Assembly (NCBI GenBank): GCA_946056155.1 | Contig: CAMGIP010000001.1 | Location: forward strand, 1-59,652 | Source: an uncultured Mediterranea sp. | GTDB taxonomy: Bacteria; Bacteroidota; Bacteroidia; Bacteroidales; Bacteroidaceae | Reading direction: 5' to 3' | Length of the DNA stretch: 59,652 nt | Shown: piece after piece, positions 26,443 through 36,567 of the stretch | Layout: each line of letters opens with the position of its first letter | How positions within the stretch are numbered: position 1 is the stretch's first letter | Translations under genes and position numbers: made by a program | The notes under the pieces: generated by a model | What the model saw: only the letters and a program-made list of their open reading frames with translations | The model's database searches: none | What the model was told of the DNA's origin: nothing

Positions 26443-27996
26443 ATGAACGAAATTCAGCATGATTGGAGATTTTGGGTGCACGTTGTGGCACTTGTGATGA
26501 TGGGGGGATGGGCCTCCCTCAATTTATCTTCCTGTCAGTATGTAGAGGGCGGAGACCGGATGACCGTAACGTTTGAACCCGATACGGTGACTGTGCTCAA
26601 GAATCCGCTGACGGGGTGGGTGATGTACTTGGGACGTAACTGGGACGAGCACTTCTGGGAGAAGTTCCACTACGATGAGATGCCGGTCTGTGGCGGAGAC
26701 TCTACGGTGCGTGTCAGCGATTACGCTGGCACCTGCTATCTGCGAATCAACTGGAACATGTTGGAGGAGCAGGAGGGTATGTACGTCTGGAACAATCCAG
26801 ATTCCCGCATCTACAAACTGCTGGCTTCGGTACGTAACCGAGGCATGCGGTTGGCTTTTCGCATCAATGTGGACAGCAGGGATCAGGGACAGAACACACC
26901 CCTATACGTAAAGGAGGCGGGTGCCAAAGGTTTTCAGGACCCCAACAACCCCCAATTGTGGTCGCCCTATCCCGATGATCCAATCTTTCAGCAGAAGTAT
27001 GAAAAGTTCTTGAAGGCTTTTGCCGCCGCGTTTGACGACCCCGATAAGGTGGATTTTGTGGATGCCTACGGGTTGGGCAAGTGGGGAGAGGCACATGGAG
27101 TGAAATATCAGGACTATGCCAACAAGGCAGCAGTGTTTGAGTGGATCACCGATGCCTATTCCAATGCCTTCAAGCGGGTGCCGTTGGTCATCAATTACCA
27201 TCGTCTGGTAGGAGACACTATCAGTTGGGCGGCTCCTCATCCCGATAGCAAGGGCCTGTTGAAGCGGGCCATTGAGAAGGGGTATATCCTCCGGCATGAT
27301 GCCTTTGGTATGACCGGTTATTATGAGCAGTGGGAAAAGGATTTTGCTGAGGCCTACCGTTACCATCTGCCTATCATCATGGAAGGAGGATGGATTACCG
27401 GTGCCCATCATCGCTATTGGCGGGATCCCTCGGGTCACTATCGTGAGGGCCATTCGGAAGATGTACGTCGGGGTGAATATGAGGAGAGCCGTCTAGCCCA
27501 TGTCAACATGATGGATTTGCGCACAGGCGATGAGGTATGCTCCTGGTTCAATACCTCCTTCGACTTGGTGAGGCGTTTTGATCGGGAGGGAGGTTACCGG
27601 CTCTATCCTTCTACCGTCAGCCTGCCCACCAAAGCCCATCCTGGCTGCCGAGTTACTGTGGAGCACACTTGGCGCAACTTGGGTTGGGGCTATTGCCCTA
27701 CGAATATTCCCCAATGGAGGGGCAAATACAAGGTCTGTATCGCCCTGATGGATGCAAACGGATTTATCGTTCTAAGGCAGCTGGTGGATGAGGCCGACCT
27801 CTCCACATGGCTCAAGGGAGAAGACCATACTTACCGGACCACCATCACTCTGCAGGACATATGTCGAGGCAAATATAACTGGCTCATCGGATTGGTGGAT
27901 ACGACTAAATCGTGTAGGCCGGCACTGTGGATGGCACTCGACGCGTCACAACTCCTCGACGGATGGTGTGTGGCCGGAACTTTGGAGGTGAACTGA
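26443..27996 (+). CDS. DUF4832-like protein, putative GH-A clan hydrolase, probable lipoprotein
   Basis: LKNPLTGW; YLRINW; GLGKWGEAH; LRHDAFG; IIMEGG; GGYRLYP; WRNLGWG; LSSC. Confidence 0.75.
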   Translation: MNEIQHDWRFWVHVVALVMMGGWASLNLSSCQYVEGGDRMTVTFEPDTVTVLKNPLTGWVMYLGRNWDEHFWEKFHYDEMPVCGGDSTVRVSDYAGTCYLRINWNMLEEQEGMYVWNNPDSRIYKLLASVRNRGMRLAFRINVDSRDQGQNTPLYVKEAGAKGFQDPNNPQLWSPYPDDPIFQQKYEKFLKAFAAAFDDPDKVDFVDAYGLGKWGEAHGVKYQDYANKAAVFEWITDAYSNAFKRVPLVINYHRLVGDTISWAAPHPDSKGLLKRAIEKGYILRHDAFGMTGYYEQWEKDFAEAYRYHLPIIMEGGWITGAHHRYWRDPSGHYREGHSEDVRRGEYEESRLAHVNMMDLRTGDEVCSWFNTSFDLVRRFDREGGYRLYPSTVSLPTKAHPGCRVTVEHTWRNLGWGYCPTNIPQWRGKYKVCIALMDANGFIVLRQLVDEADLSTWLKGEDHTYRTTITLQDICRGKYNWLIGLVDTTKSCRPALWMALDASQLLDGWCVAGTLEVN

Positions 27997-28029
27997 ATAC
28001 CATAAAAATCATATTTCAATCTTAATATT

Positions 28030-31000
28030 ATGAATCGAAAAGCAATTGCAACTACAGTGGCACGCTTTACTCAAGTGCTCTGTTTGGTGGGGCTGCTTTC
28101 AGTCCCTTTCTATTCCCAAGCTTCGACGGTTTCCCTCAGACAGGTGGATGGGGTCTATCTGTTGAAAGCGGAGGATATGACGATCAAGGAGGTATTTGAC
28201 TATATCGAAAAGCATAGTCAGTATGTCTTTGCGTATGACCAGGCAGTAAAGGATGCTCTCTCCAAGAGAGTGAACATTGATCTGCAAGGCAAATCCATGG
28301 AGGCTATTCTGGCCGAAGTGTGTAAGAGTGCCGGACTGAACTATCGGATTCAGAACCGGCAGGTGACCATTACGGCTGTGACTGGAAGAAAACCGGCACA
28401 GACGAAACAAGTAAAGCGGATTACCGGTCAGGTGCTTGATGAGACGCAGCTTCCTTTGATTGGCGCCACTGTCCGTCTCAAGGGGGGGGATGCCGCTACG
28501 ATTACCGACCTCGACGGTAAGTTTTCTTTGGAGGTGCTCGAGGGCAGTGAGGTTCTTTTCAGCTATATCGGATATACTGACAAGACCGTACGGGTCGATG
28601 CCAAGAGCACCTATGAGGTGGTGATGTCCGAGAACGTGAAGGTGCTCAACGAAGTGGTGGTCATAGGTTATGGTGCTGTCAAGAAGAAAGACCTCACCGG
28701 TGCAGTGGCAGCCGTCAAGGGAGATGACTTAGTGAGCAAGCGGAGCACCATGCTCTCCAATGCCTTGCAGGGCTCCTTGTCGGGTGTGATGGTTACACGC
28801 AGTAGTTCAGCTCCCGGTTCGGGTGCATCATCTATACGCGTGCGTGGTATCACCACCATGGGTGAATCCAGCCCTCTAGTTATTGTGGATGGAGTGCAGA
28901 GCTCATTGGACTACGTCAACTCCAATGACGTGGAGAGCATCTCGGTACTGAAGGATGCCGCTGCTGCCAGTATCTATGGATCAAAAGCTGCTGCAGGTGT
29001 CATCTTGGTGACGACAAAGCGTGGTAACGACACGGGCAAAATCAATCTGAAGTACAATGCCGAATTCGGTTGGGAAATTCCTACTAAGCAGCCCTCCATG
29101 GTGGGGGTGACCCGCTACTTGGAAATGAGCAATGAGCTGAAATATAACGATAACCCTACTGGAGGATATTTTCAAGAATACACGGCGGACCAAACCAAAA
29201 ACTGGGTGAAGTACAATGCCACAGACCCCGATAACTATCCCATTACAGACTGGGCAGACCTGATTCTCAAGTCGAGTGCCCCTCGTATGACACATACCCT
29301 TTCGGTGTCGGGCGGCAACAAGACGGTGAAGTCGGTGGCTACTCTCTCCTACGATGAGGTGGAGGGTCTCTATGACAACCGTGGTTTCCAGCGCTATATG
29401 TTCCGATCAAACAACGACTTCAATATCAGTGACAAGCTCTCTGCACAGATTGACGTGAATATCCGTCATGCTAAGAGCAAATCTACCAACTTCGACCCTT
29501 TCGACACCATGCGCAAGATGCCGGCGATCTATCCCGCGGTGTGGAGTGACGGACGCTTGGCCTCCGGTAAGAGTGGATCCAACCCCTATGGCCTGTTGAA
29601 AGCCGGCGGAACATCGGTGGCTCACAGTACACAGGTGGCCGGTAAGGGCTCGCTTACCTACAAACCGTTCAAGGGGTTTAGCTTGTCAGGTATCGTATCT
29701 CCCTTCATCAACTTCCAGAAGAAGAAGGCTTTCAAAAAAGCGTGTGGCTACACGCTGGCCGATGACCCCCAGACCTTTGGAGGTTATTTCGACTCAGGAA
29801 GCACTTGGACTACCACAAAACTGTCTGAGGAGAGAAATGACGATTATCATGTCACCAGCCAGCTCTTGGCCAACTATATCGGCTCTTTTGGACAACATGA
29901 CCTCACGCTCATGGCTGGTTTTGAAAATTATTATATGAAGAGTGAAAGTCTTGGTGCTGCTCGCGACCAGTATGAATTGGACAACTATCCTTACCTCAAT
30001 CTGGGTTCGGCCGATTTCCAGACCAACAGCGGTACCGGCACGGAATACACCTCCAATTCGGTGTTCGGACGTGTCATCTATTCATATGCTGACCGCTACC
30101 TGTTCCAGGCCAATGTGCGTCACGACGGCAGTTCGCGTTTTGCCAAAGGGTATCGCTGGGGTACCTTCCCCTCGTTCTCGGCGGGCTGGGTGCTGAGTGA
30201 AGAGAAATTCATGAAGGATCTCAACTGGGAATGGCTCTCGTTTCTTAAGCTTCGTGCCTCATGGGGTATGCTGGGAAACGAACGTATCGGTTCCAACTAC
30301 TTCCCCTACATTGCGCTGATGAGTTTTGGCAATTCGCTCTTCTATATGGCTGATGGCAGCGTGGTTTCCGACAAGACGGCACGTCCCGCAGTACTGGCCG
30401 TGGAAGACATTACCTGGGAGACTACCACCAGCACTGACTTGGGTGTGGATATGAACTTCCTCAACAACCGGCTGCAGTTTCATTTCGACTACTACTGGAA
30501 GCAGACTAAGGATATGCTGCTGAGCATCGAAATTCCCTATTTCATGGGTTATAACAATCCCAGTACCAATGCAGGCAAGATGTCCACTCACGGTTACGAC
30601 ATCGAACTGGGCTGGAACGACAGAATTGGTGATTTTCAGTATGGCATCAATCTCAACTTTTCAGACTTCCTCTCCAAGATTGACTACATGAACAATGGAG
30701 AGCAGATTAGCGGCGGTAAGATCAAGCGTGCCGGTGTGCTGTTCAATGAGTACTACGGCTACATCTGCGACGGTATCTACCAAACTCAGGATGAGGTGAA
30801 CAACTCGGCCCGTACCAGCACTACGGTGACGGTGGGTGACTTGAAATACCGCGACATCAGCGGTCCCAACGGGATACCTGACGGAGTCATCAGCCCAGAA
30901 TATGACCGTGTACCTTTGGGCAATTCCCTGCCTCGCTTCCAGTATGGCGGTACACTCAATGCCTCCTACAAGGGGATAGACTTCAGCATGGCTTTCCAGG

Positions 31001-31416
31001 GTATTGGCAAGCAGAACTCATACCTCTCCACCGCCATGGTACAGCCCTTGCGCGACAACTTCGGCAATGTGCCTGCCATCATCGAGGGCAAGTACTGGAG
31101 TCCCTTCAATACCGATGCAGAGAACCGTGCGGCCCAATACCCCCGTCTCTCCAACGTATCGAAGAGCAACAACTATGCTACCTCCACCTTCTGGATGTTC
31201 AACGGAGCCTATTTCCGTCTGAAGAACATCACGCTGGGATATACACTCCCCAAGAACTGGACTAAGAGGTCCGGTATTGACCGGGTGCGTCTCTATGCTA
31301 GCGGCAGTGATCTCTTCTGTCTGAGCAACTTCCCTGATGGGTGGGATCCTGAGATGGGTACCTCATCGTATCCTATTACCACCTCTCTCGTGATGGGTAT
31401 ACAAGTCAATTTCTAA
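28030..31416 (+). CDS. susC: SusC TonB-dependent transducer with N-terminal STN extension
   Basis: Extra N-terminal domain (TIKEVFDYIEKHSQYVF..YRIQNRQVTI); LNEVVVIGYG; LKDAAAASIYGS; terminal Phe. Confidence 0.96.
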   Translation: MNRKAIATTVARFTQVLCLVGLLSVPFYSQASTVSLRQVDGVYLLKAEDMTIKEVFDYIEKHSQYVFAYDQAVKDALSKRVNIDLQGKSMEAILAEVCKSAGLNYRIQNRQVTITAVTGRKPAQTKQVKRITGQVLDETQLPLIGATVRLKGGDAATITDLDGKFSLEVLEGSEVLFSYIGYTDKTVRVDAKSTYEVVMSENVKVLNEVVVIGYGAVKKKDLTGAVAAVKGDDLVSKRSTMLSNALQGSLSGVMVTRSSSAPGSGASSIRVRGITTMGESSPLVIVDGVQSSLDYVNSNDVESISVLKDAAAASIYGSKAAAGVILVTTKRGNDTGKINLKYNAEFGWEIPTKQPSMVGVTRYLEMSNELKYNDNPTGGYFQEYTADQTKNWVKYNATDPDNYPITDWADLILKSSAPRMTHTLSVSGGNKTVKSVATLSYDEVEGLYDNRGFQRYMFRSNNDFNISDKLSAQIDVNIRHAKSKSTNFDPFDTMRKMPAIYPAVWSDGRLASGKSGSNPYGLLKAGGTSVAHSTQVAGKGSLTYKPFKGFSLSGIVSPFINFQKKKAFKKACGYTLADDPQTFGGYFDSGSTWTTTKLSEERNDDYHVTSQLLANYIGSFGQHDLTLMAGFENYYMKSESLGAARDQYELDNYPYLNLGSADFQTNSGTGTEYTSNSVFGRVIYSYADRYLFQANVRHDGSSRFAKGYRWGTFPSFSAGWVLSEEKFMKDLNWEWLSFLKLRASWGMLGNERIGSNYFPYIALMSFGNSLFYMADGSVVSDKTARPAVLAVEDITWETTTSTDLGVDMNFLNNRLQFHFDYYWKQTKDMLLSIEIPYFMGYNNPSTNAGKMSTHGYDIELGWNDRIGDFQYGINLNFSDFLSKIDYMNNGEQISGGKIKRAGVLFNEYYGYICDGIYQTQDEVNNSARTSTTVTVGDLKYRDISGPNGIPDGVISPEYDRVPLGNSLPRFQYGGTLNASYKGIDFSMAFQGIGKQNSYLSTAMVQPLRDNFGNVPAIIEGKYWSPFNTDAENRAAQYPRLSNVSKSNNYATSTFWMFNGAYFRLKNITLGYTLPKNWTKRSGIDRVRLYASGSDLFCLSNFPDGWDPEMGTSSYPITTSLVMGIQVNF

Positions 31417-31442
31417 ATCACAACCAATCTAATCTGTCAGCA

Positions 31443-33164
31443 ATGAAAACAAAAATAGCACTTGCAGGACTCTGCCTGAGCCTTGCAGCTTGTGAGAGTA
31501 TGGATTTAGTCCCCAAATCACAAGGAAATACCGAGTCGTGGTATACGTCAGAAACTGAGCTTAGTCTGGCGGCTAATGAATTCTATATCTTGGGATACTG
31601 GCAAGAACCGCTCAACTCTTCCGAACAGTGGTCGGACAATACGACCTACCGTCAGACCAACCGCAATCCGGGTAGCGGTGGAACTGTGCTCGATGGCACG
31701 ATGAACGGCCAGCAATACGAAGTGTATGCCTTGTGGCAACAGTCGTTCAAACTTATTGCTCGCGCCAATACCATGTTGGAGAATATCCACAAGGCGCAGG
31801 GCAGTCTCACCGAGGAGGTGTACAATCGCTATGCAGCTGAGGCCTATTTTTGCCGCGCCTGCAAGTATGCCGACCTGATATTCTTCTATGGGGATGTACC
31901 CTATCAAGACCAGACCATCACTATCAGTGAGGCTTTGGAGCGGGGGCGTCGCCCCAAGGAGGAGGTAATACCTCTGGTATATGACGATTTTGACAAGGCC
32001 ATTGCCGGACTGCCGTTGAAGTATGGGCAGGACCAAAGCATCCATGCTACCAAGGGGGCTGCCATGGCCATGAAGGCCCGTTTCGCCCTCTACATGGGTG
32101 ACTATGAGGTGGCAGCTCAGGCAGCTAAGGATTGTATGGACTTGGGTATATATTCCCTGGAGCCCGATTATGCTAAACTCTTCAAGCAGAGTACCAAACT
32201 CAACGATGAGAAGATATTTGTCATTCCACGCTCTATTGAGCAGAGTGTGTTTCTCGACTCCTGGATTGTGAAGAATGGACTTCCCCGTAATGCCGGAGGA
32301 TACGGTTCCTACAATCCCTCCTGGGACTTGCTGGCCTCTTACCTTTGCACAGATGGTCTGCCAATCGATGAGTCGCCTCTGTTCGATCCGCGTAATCCCT
32401 TCAAGAACCGTGACCCCCGTTGTGCCATGACCATCGTGGAGTTCAATACGGAGCATTGCGGATTCGAGTATGATCCCAGTCCGGCTGCCAAAACGGTGAT
32501 GAACTACACTACCGGCAAGATGCAAAGTAATCAGGACACACGTATCGTCAACCAGTACTCCTCTTTCACCGGGCTGCTCTGGAAGAAGGGCATCGATGCC
32601 TCCTGGGCTGTCGATCAGAAGGTAGAACAGGACTATATCATCATGCGCTATGCCGATGTGCTGCTCATCTATGCCGAGGCTATGATTGAACTCAACCGGA
32701 TTGATGACAGTGTATTGAAGGCCATTAACCGGGTGCGTGCCCGTGCCTACGGCGTAGATGAGTCTAATACTTCTGCCTATCCCGCCGTGACGACAACCGA
32801 CCAGACGGAACTTCGACGTGCCCTGCGCATAGAGCGCCGCATGGAGTTTGCCATGGAGAACCAGAGACTGCAGGACTTGATGCGCTGGAAACTGGCTGAG
32901 AAGGCTTTGAATGGCTATAACTATATCATGCTTATTGACCCCACTGAACTGCTGAACAACATCGTGAACAAGGGGCTTTGGTTCTGGGGCATGACCCCTC
33001 AAATCGATGAGGATGGATTGGCTGACTTCTCTGCACTGTTCAATGCCGGTTACTGTTCGCAGGGTGCCAAGCGTATATTCCCCGAGAGGGAGTATCTCTG
33101 GCCGTTGCCTACGCATGATGTCGAACTCTGCCCTAACCTGTTGCCCAACAACCCCGGCTATTAA
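31443..33164 (+). CDS. susD: SusD/RagB lipoprotein
   Basis: LAAC lipobox; EAYFCRA; MRYADVLLIYAEA; ERRMEFAMEN; LWPLP..NNPGY. Confidence 0.95.
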   Translation: MKTKIALAGLCLSLAACESMDLVPKSQGNTESWYTSETELSLAANEFYILGYWQEPLNSSEQWSDNTTYRQTNRNPGSGGTVLDGTMNGQQYEVYALWQQSFKLIARANTMLENIHKAQGSLTEEVYNRYAAEAYFCRACKYADLIFFYGDVPYQDQTITISEALERGRRPKEEVIPLVYDDFDKAIAGLPLKYGQDQSIHATKGAAMAMKARFALYMGDYEVAAQAAKDCMDLGIYSLEPDYAKLFKQSTKLNDEKIFVIPRSIEQSVFLDSWIVKNGLPRNAGGYGSYNPSWDLLASYLCTDGLPIDESPLFDPRNPFKNRDPRCAMTIVEFNTEHCGFEYDPSPAAKTVMNYTTGKMQSNQDTRIVNQYSSFTGLLWKKGIDASWAVDQKVEQDYIIMRYADVLLIYAEAMIELNRIDDSVLKAINRVRARAYGVDESNTSAYPAVTTTDQTELRRALRIERRMEFAMENQRLQDLMRWKLAEKALNGYNYIMLIDPTELLNNIVNKGLWFWGMTPQIDEDGLADFSALFNAGYCSQGAKRIFPEREYLWPLPTHDVELCPNLLPNNPGY

Positions 33165-33209
33165 TCAAAAAAACATCCTGGGTTATAAATCTTACAAAAA
33201 TGCATCAAT

Positions 33210-34853
33210 ATGAACACCTTATATATATACAGAACGGTGGGAGCACTCTCCTTCGGGGCCTTGGCACTGATGGTTGCTTCCTGCGAGGAGGAGATAGACA
33301 ATACGGCCTCTCGCAACAAATCGGAGATTGAACTGCTCAGTTCCAGTGAGTTTGTCAAGCTGGATGAGAGCAAATCTAATGAAACGGCGCTGACCCTCAA
33401 CTGGAGCCATGCCCATGATTTTGGCGATGACTACATTACAACCTATAAATATGAGATGCAGCTTATCGGTAGTGCTGCAGAGAACATCAAGGAGTATGAC
33501 GATGACGGCACTTTTGCCCGTAGCTATACCCATAAGGAACTGCAGCAGATTCTGGTGGACCATTTCGGACTGACCACCAGCACCATAGGCGAGCTGCTGA
33601 TTACTGTAACAGCCAATTTTGAAGGACCACGGCTCATCGTTCCCGATATCGCTACCACTACCTTGAAAATCAAGACTTACGGACCCAAGCAGTACAAGGC
33701 CGATGTGCTTTATGCAGGAGGATCTGCCACGGGCAACGAACTGCTGCGCATGACGCTCAAGGATGAAGCTAACCAGATTTATAGCTATGAGGGAATGCTG
33801 GTAGCGGGCAAGCTGAACTTCCCGGTGGATTATGCCGATGAAGAGAATGCCATCGGTCCCGAAGCTGCGGATGCTGCTCTCACTACAAGTGAAATGGTGG
33901 GCATTATCTCCGATCGTGCAGAGGCCAACTACTGGGTGATACCTAACGAAGGTACATACCGCCTCACGGTGAACATGAGCAAGAGAACCGTGAAGATTGT
34001 GGAGGCCGGCGCTGTCGTTGAAGCCGACCAGATATTCCTCGCAGGTAGTGCAGTAGGGGATGAGCCGGTAGAGATGACACAAACCTTGGAGAATGAGCAG
34101 CTCTATGCCTGGAGGGGAACCTTGAAGGCTGGCTCTCTCTATATTCCACTTACCTTTGAGGGCGAGCAGTCTATGGCCATTGTGCCGGAAAAGTCGGATG
34201 AGCATGACATTGCCGATGGTGAGCTTGCCTCGTTCAGCCAAGCACTGATAAGCAAAGTGGACAAGCAGTACTGGACCATTCCCGCAGAGGGCATCTACCG
34301 CATTGTGCTCAACAAGGAGGAGAAGTCGATAACCATCTACTCTGCAGCAACCGACCTCAAGCCGCTCAAGGTATCGTTCAACAATACCGAGCTCAAGATT
34401 AACCCTTGGAGTCAGGAGGTGAATGTGCTGCACATGTACGGAGGATTCAACAGCTTTGCCTATGATGCGGGTATAGATGAGGAGACGGGCAAGAACCTCA
34501 GATACTGTCAGGTGAAGTACAACCTCATACAGAGTTTGGCCAATCCCAAGGTATTTGTCTATAAGGGTGAGGCACTGCCGAGAAATTCCTACAAGGACAA
34601 CTATGGTGTGACCAATCCTGGATGGGTGAATTTCAGCACTATCAGATATGCCAACAACGGATGGTTTGTAGGTTCTTCGGCCAATGCTAAGCGTAATGAT
34701 CACAACGGATATACTGAGGTTGTAGCCGGCAAGGCAGAGAAGGCGGTAACTGGACAATCAGACAACCGCTACGCCTACTTCCTCATCCCTGAAGGCTGTA
34801 ACTACGTGGTTGTGGATCTGGAGAACAATACCGTGCTGTTTGACATCAAATAA
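33210..34853 (+). CDS. SusE/SusF-like surface glycan-binding lipoprotein
   Basis: VASCEEE lipobox; SusE-like N domain (LTLNWS); two internal repeats (YW.IP.EG.YR); position after susD. Confidence 0.85.
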   Translation: MNTLYIYRTVGALSFGALALMVASCEEEIDNTASRNKSEIELLSSSEFVKLDESKSNETALTLNWSHAHDFGDDYITTYKYEMQLIGSAAENIKEYDDDGTFARSYTHKELQQILVDHFGLTTSTIGELLITVTANFEGPRLIVPDIATTTLKIKTYGPKQYKADVLYAGGSATGNELLRMTLKDEANQIYSYEGMLVAGKLNFPVDYADEENAIGPEAADAALTTSEMVGIISDRAEANYWVIPNEGTYRLTVNMSKRTVKIVEAGAVVEADQIFLAGSAVGDEPVEMTQTLENEQLYAWRGTLKAGSLYIPLTFEGEQSMAIVPEKSDEHDIADGELASFSQALISKVDKQYWTIPAEGIYRIVLNKEEKSITIYSAATDLKPLKVSFNNTELKINPWSQEVNVLHMYGGFNSFAYDAGIDEETGKNLRYCQVKYNLIQSLANPKVFVYKGEALPRNSYKDNYGVTNPGWVNFSTIRYANNGWFVGSSANAKRNDHNGYTEVVAGKAEKAVTGQSDNRYAYFLIPEGCNYVVVDLENNTVLFDIK

Positions 34854-34865
34854 ACTTTTCGATAC

Positions 34866-34910
34866 AGTTGGTCGGGAGTGAGGAGTGAGCATATTCACTC
34901 CCGACTGATT
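34866..34910 (+). terminator. Intra-PUL stem-loop (partial terminator or mRNA stabiliser)
   Basis: GTCGGGAGTGA / TCACTCCCGAC stem, extendable with G-U pairs. Confidence 0.65.
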
Positions 34911-34941
34911 CCTTCAACATGCAAAAAAAAATCTTTCTATC

Positions 34942-36546
34942 ATGAACAAATTTGTGAATAATACTCTGAAAGGTCTCTCTATGGGGTTGTTGGCAGCCTC
35001 TTCACTCTGGTGTACGGCCTGCTCAGACGATGATAATGAACCTCTTTCCGACTATAGCTGGAGCATTTCTGGCAACAGTACCGTCTCTATCAAACCCGAG
35101 CGTTACAAACTACTGCGCAATCCGATGAGCGGCTGGGTCATCTATTCGGGCATAGGTAGCGGGATGATGATGAATTTTTGGGATCTGTATGACAACTTTG
35201 AATCTTCGGAGGGCAATGTGAAGGTGAGCGACTATGGCAATACGCTCTATGTACGCGGACTCTGGAGCAACTTTAATCCCGAGAGAGGAAAGTATGTATG
35301 GGATGAAAGTGTGCAGACCGAACCGGCCAAACGGTTCCGTATGCTGGTGGAGGGGGCAAAGGAGCGTAACCTCAAATTGGCCTTTACCTTTGTCTGCGAC
35401 AGCCGTGACAAACACGAGAATGCTTGCCCGGACTATGTACGTGAGGCCGGTGCACAGGGTTTTACAACTACAACGGGTAGTGTCAATGTCTGGACTCCTT
35501 ATCCCGATGATCCTATCTTCCAGCGTGAGTATGAGGCTTTTCTCACCGCTTTTGCCGAAAAGTACAACGACCCCGATGTGACACAGTTTGTCAGCGGATT
35601 CGGATTGGGCAAATGGGGCGAAACCCATACGCTGGTTTATTCTACTGGGGATGAGTCTCCGCGTGAGGCAGTCTTTGAATGGATTACCGATGTGATGGCA
35701 CGACTTTTCACCAAGGTGCCCATTATGATTAATTACCACCGCTGCATCTTGGGTAACAAAGGGTTCAGCGATGCCAATACCGATATTGCTGCCGATTTGG
35801 TGAAGCGTGCCGTGGCCAAGGGGTTCTGCTTGCGTCATGATGCTTTTGGGATGAAGCAGTACTACAAGGACTGGGAGCGGGGTATCGCCTCTTCTTACAG
35901 GGGGATCGTGCCCATCACCATGGAGGGCGGATGGGTAGAATCCTCTCATGGAGGTTCTATCGCCGGTGACGGATATAAGAATTTTGCCGAGGTACGTCAG
36001 GGGGAATTTGATGAAGCAAGGGGAGGTTATGTGAACATGATGGATTTGCGCTTCGACACCAATGTAAGCAAAGGGGAAACCCATTCTTGGTTCAATACCG
36101 CCTTCCATCTCGTCAAGGAGTTCATTGCCGAGGGAGCCTATCGCCTCTATCCCGACCGTCTCTCTATTCCCACCTCTGCCCGCATCGGCAGTAACGTGAT
36201 GATTACTCACCGCTGGTCCAATCTGGGTTGGGGGTATTGCCCTGCTAACCTGCCCCAGTATGGCGACAAGTATAAAGTGGCCATCGCGCTCTTGGATAAG
36301 TCAACTGAGCAGCCGGTGCGTATCTTCATTGAGGATAAGGCTGACATCGCGTCTTGGATGAAGGGCAAGCCAAAAACCTATACCAGCCAAATCAAACTTA
36401 CCGATGTGAAGGCGGGAACCTATGAATGGGCCGTGGGGCTTGTAGATACAACCAAGGACAATGCCATTGGTATCTTGATTGCTGCGAGGGATGAATACCA
36501 GACTGCCGATGGTTGGGTGAAAGTGGGTGATGTAACGATTCAGTAA
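34942..36546 (+). CDS. Second DUF4832-like putative GH-A hydrolase, surface lipoprotein
   Basis: TACSDDDNE lipobox with acidic export signal; LRNPMSGW; GLGKWGETH; LRHDAFG; ITMEGG; paralog of 26443..27996. Confidence 0.78.
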   Translation: MNKFVNNTLKGLSMGLLAASSLWCTACSDDDNEPLSDYSWSISGNSTVSIKPERYKLLRNPMSGWVIYSGIGSGMMMNFWDLYDNFESSEGNVKVSDYGNTLYVRGLWSNFNPERGKYVWDESVQTEPAKRFRMLVEGAKERNLKLAFTFVCDSRDKHENACPDYVREAGAQGFTTTTGSVNVWTPYPDDPIFQREYEAFLTAFAEKYNDPDVTQFVSGFGLGKWGETHTLVYSTGDESPREAVFEWITDVMARLFTKVPIMINYHRCILGNKGFSDANTDIAADLVKRAVAKGFCLRHDAFGMKQYYKDWERGIASSYRGIVPITMEGGWVESSHGGSIAGDGYKNFAEVRQGEFDEARGGYVNMMDLRFDTNVSKGETHSWFNTAFHLVKEFIAEGAYRLYPDRLSIPTSARIGSNVMITHRWSNLGWGYCPANLPQYGDKYKVAIALLDKSTEQPVRIFIEDKADIASWMKGKPKTYTSQIKLTDVKAGTYEWAVGLVDTTKDNAIGILIAARDEYQTADGWVKVGDVTIQ

Positions 36547-36567
36547 CCGAGATAAAGTTGACTGACA

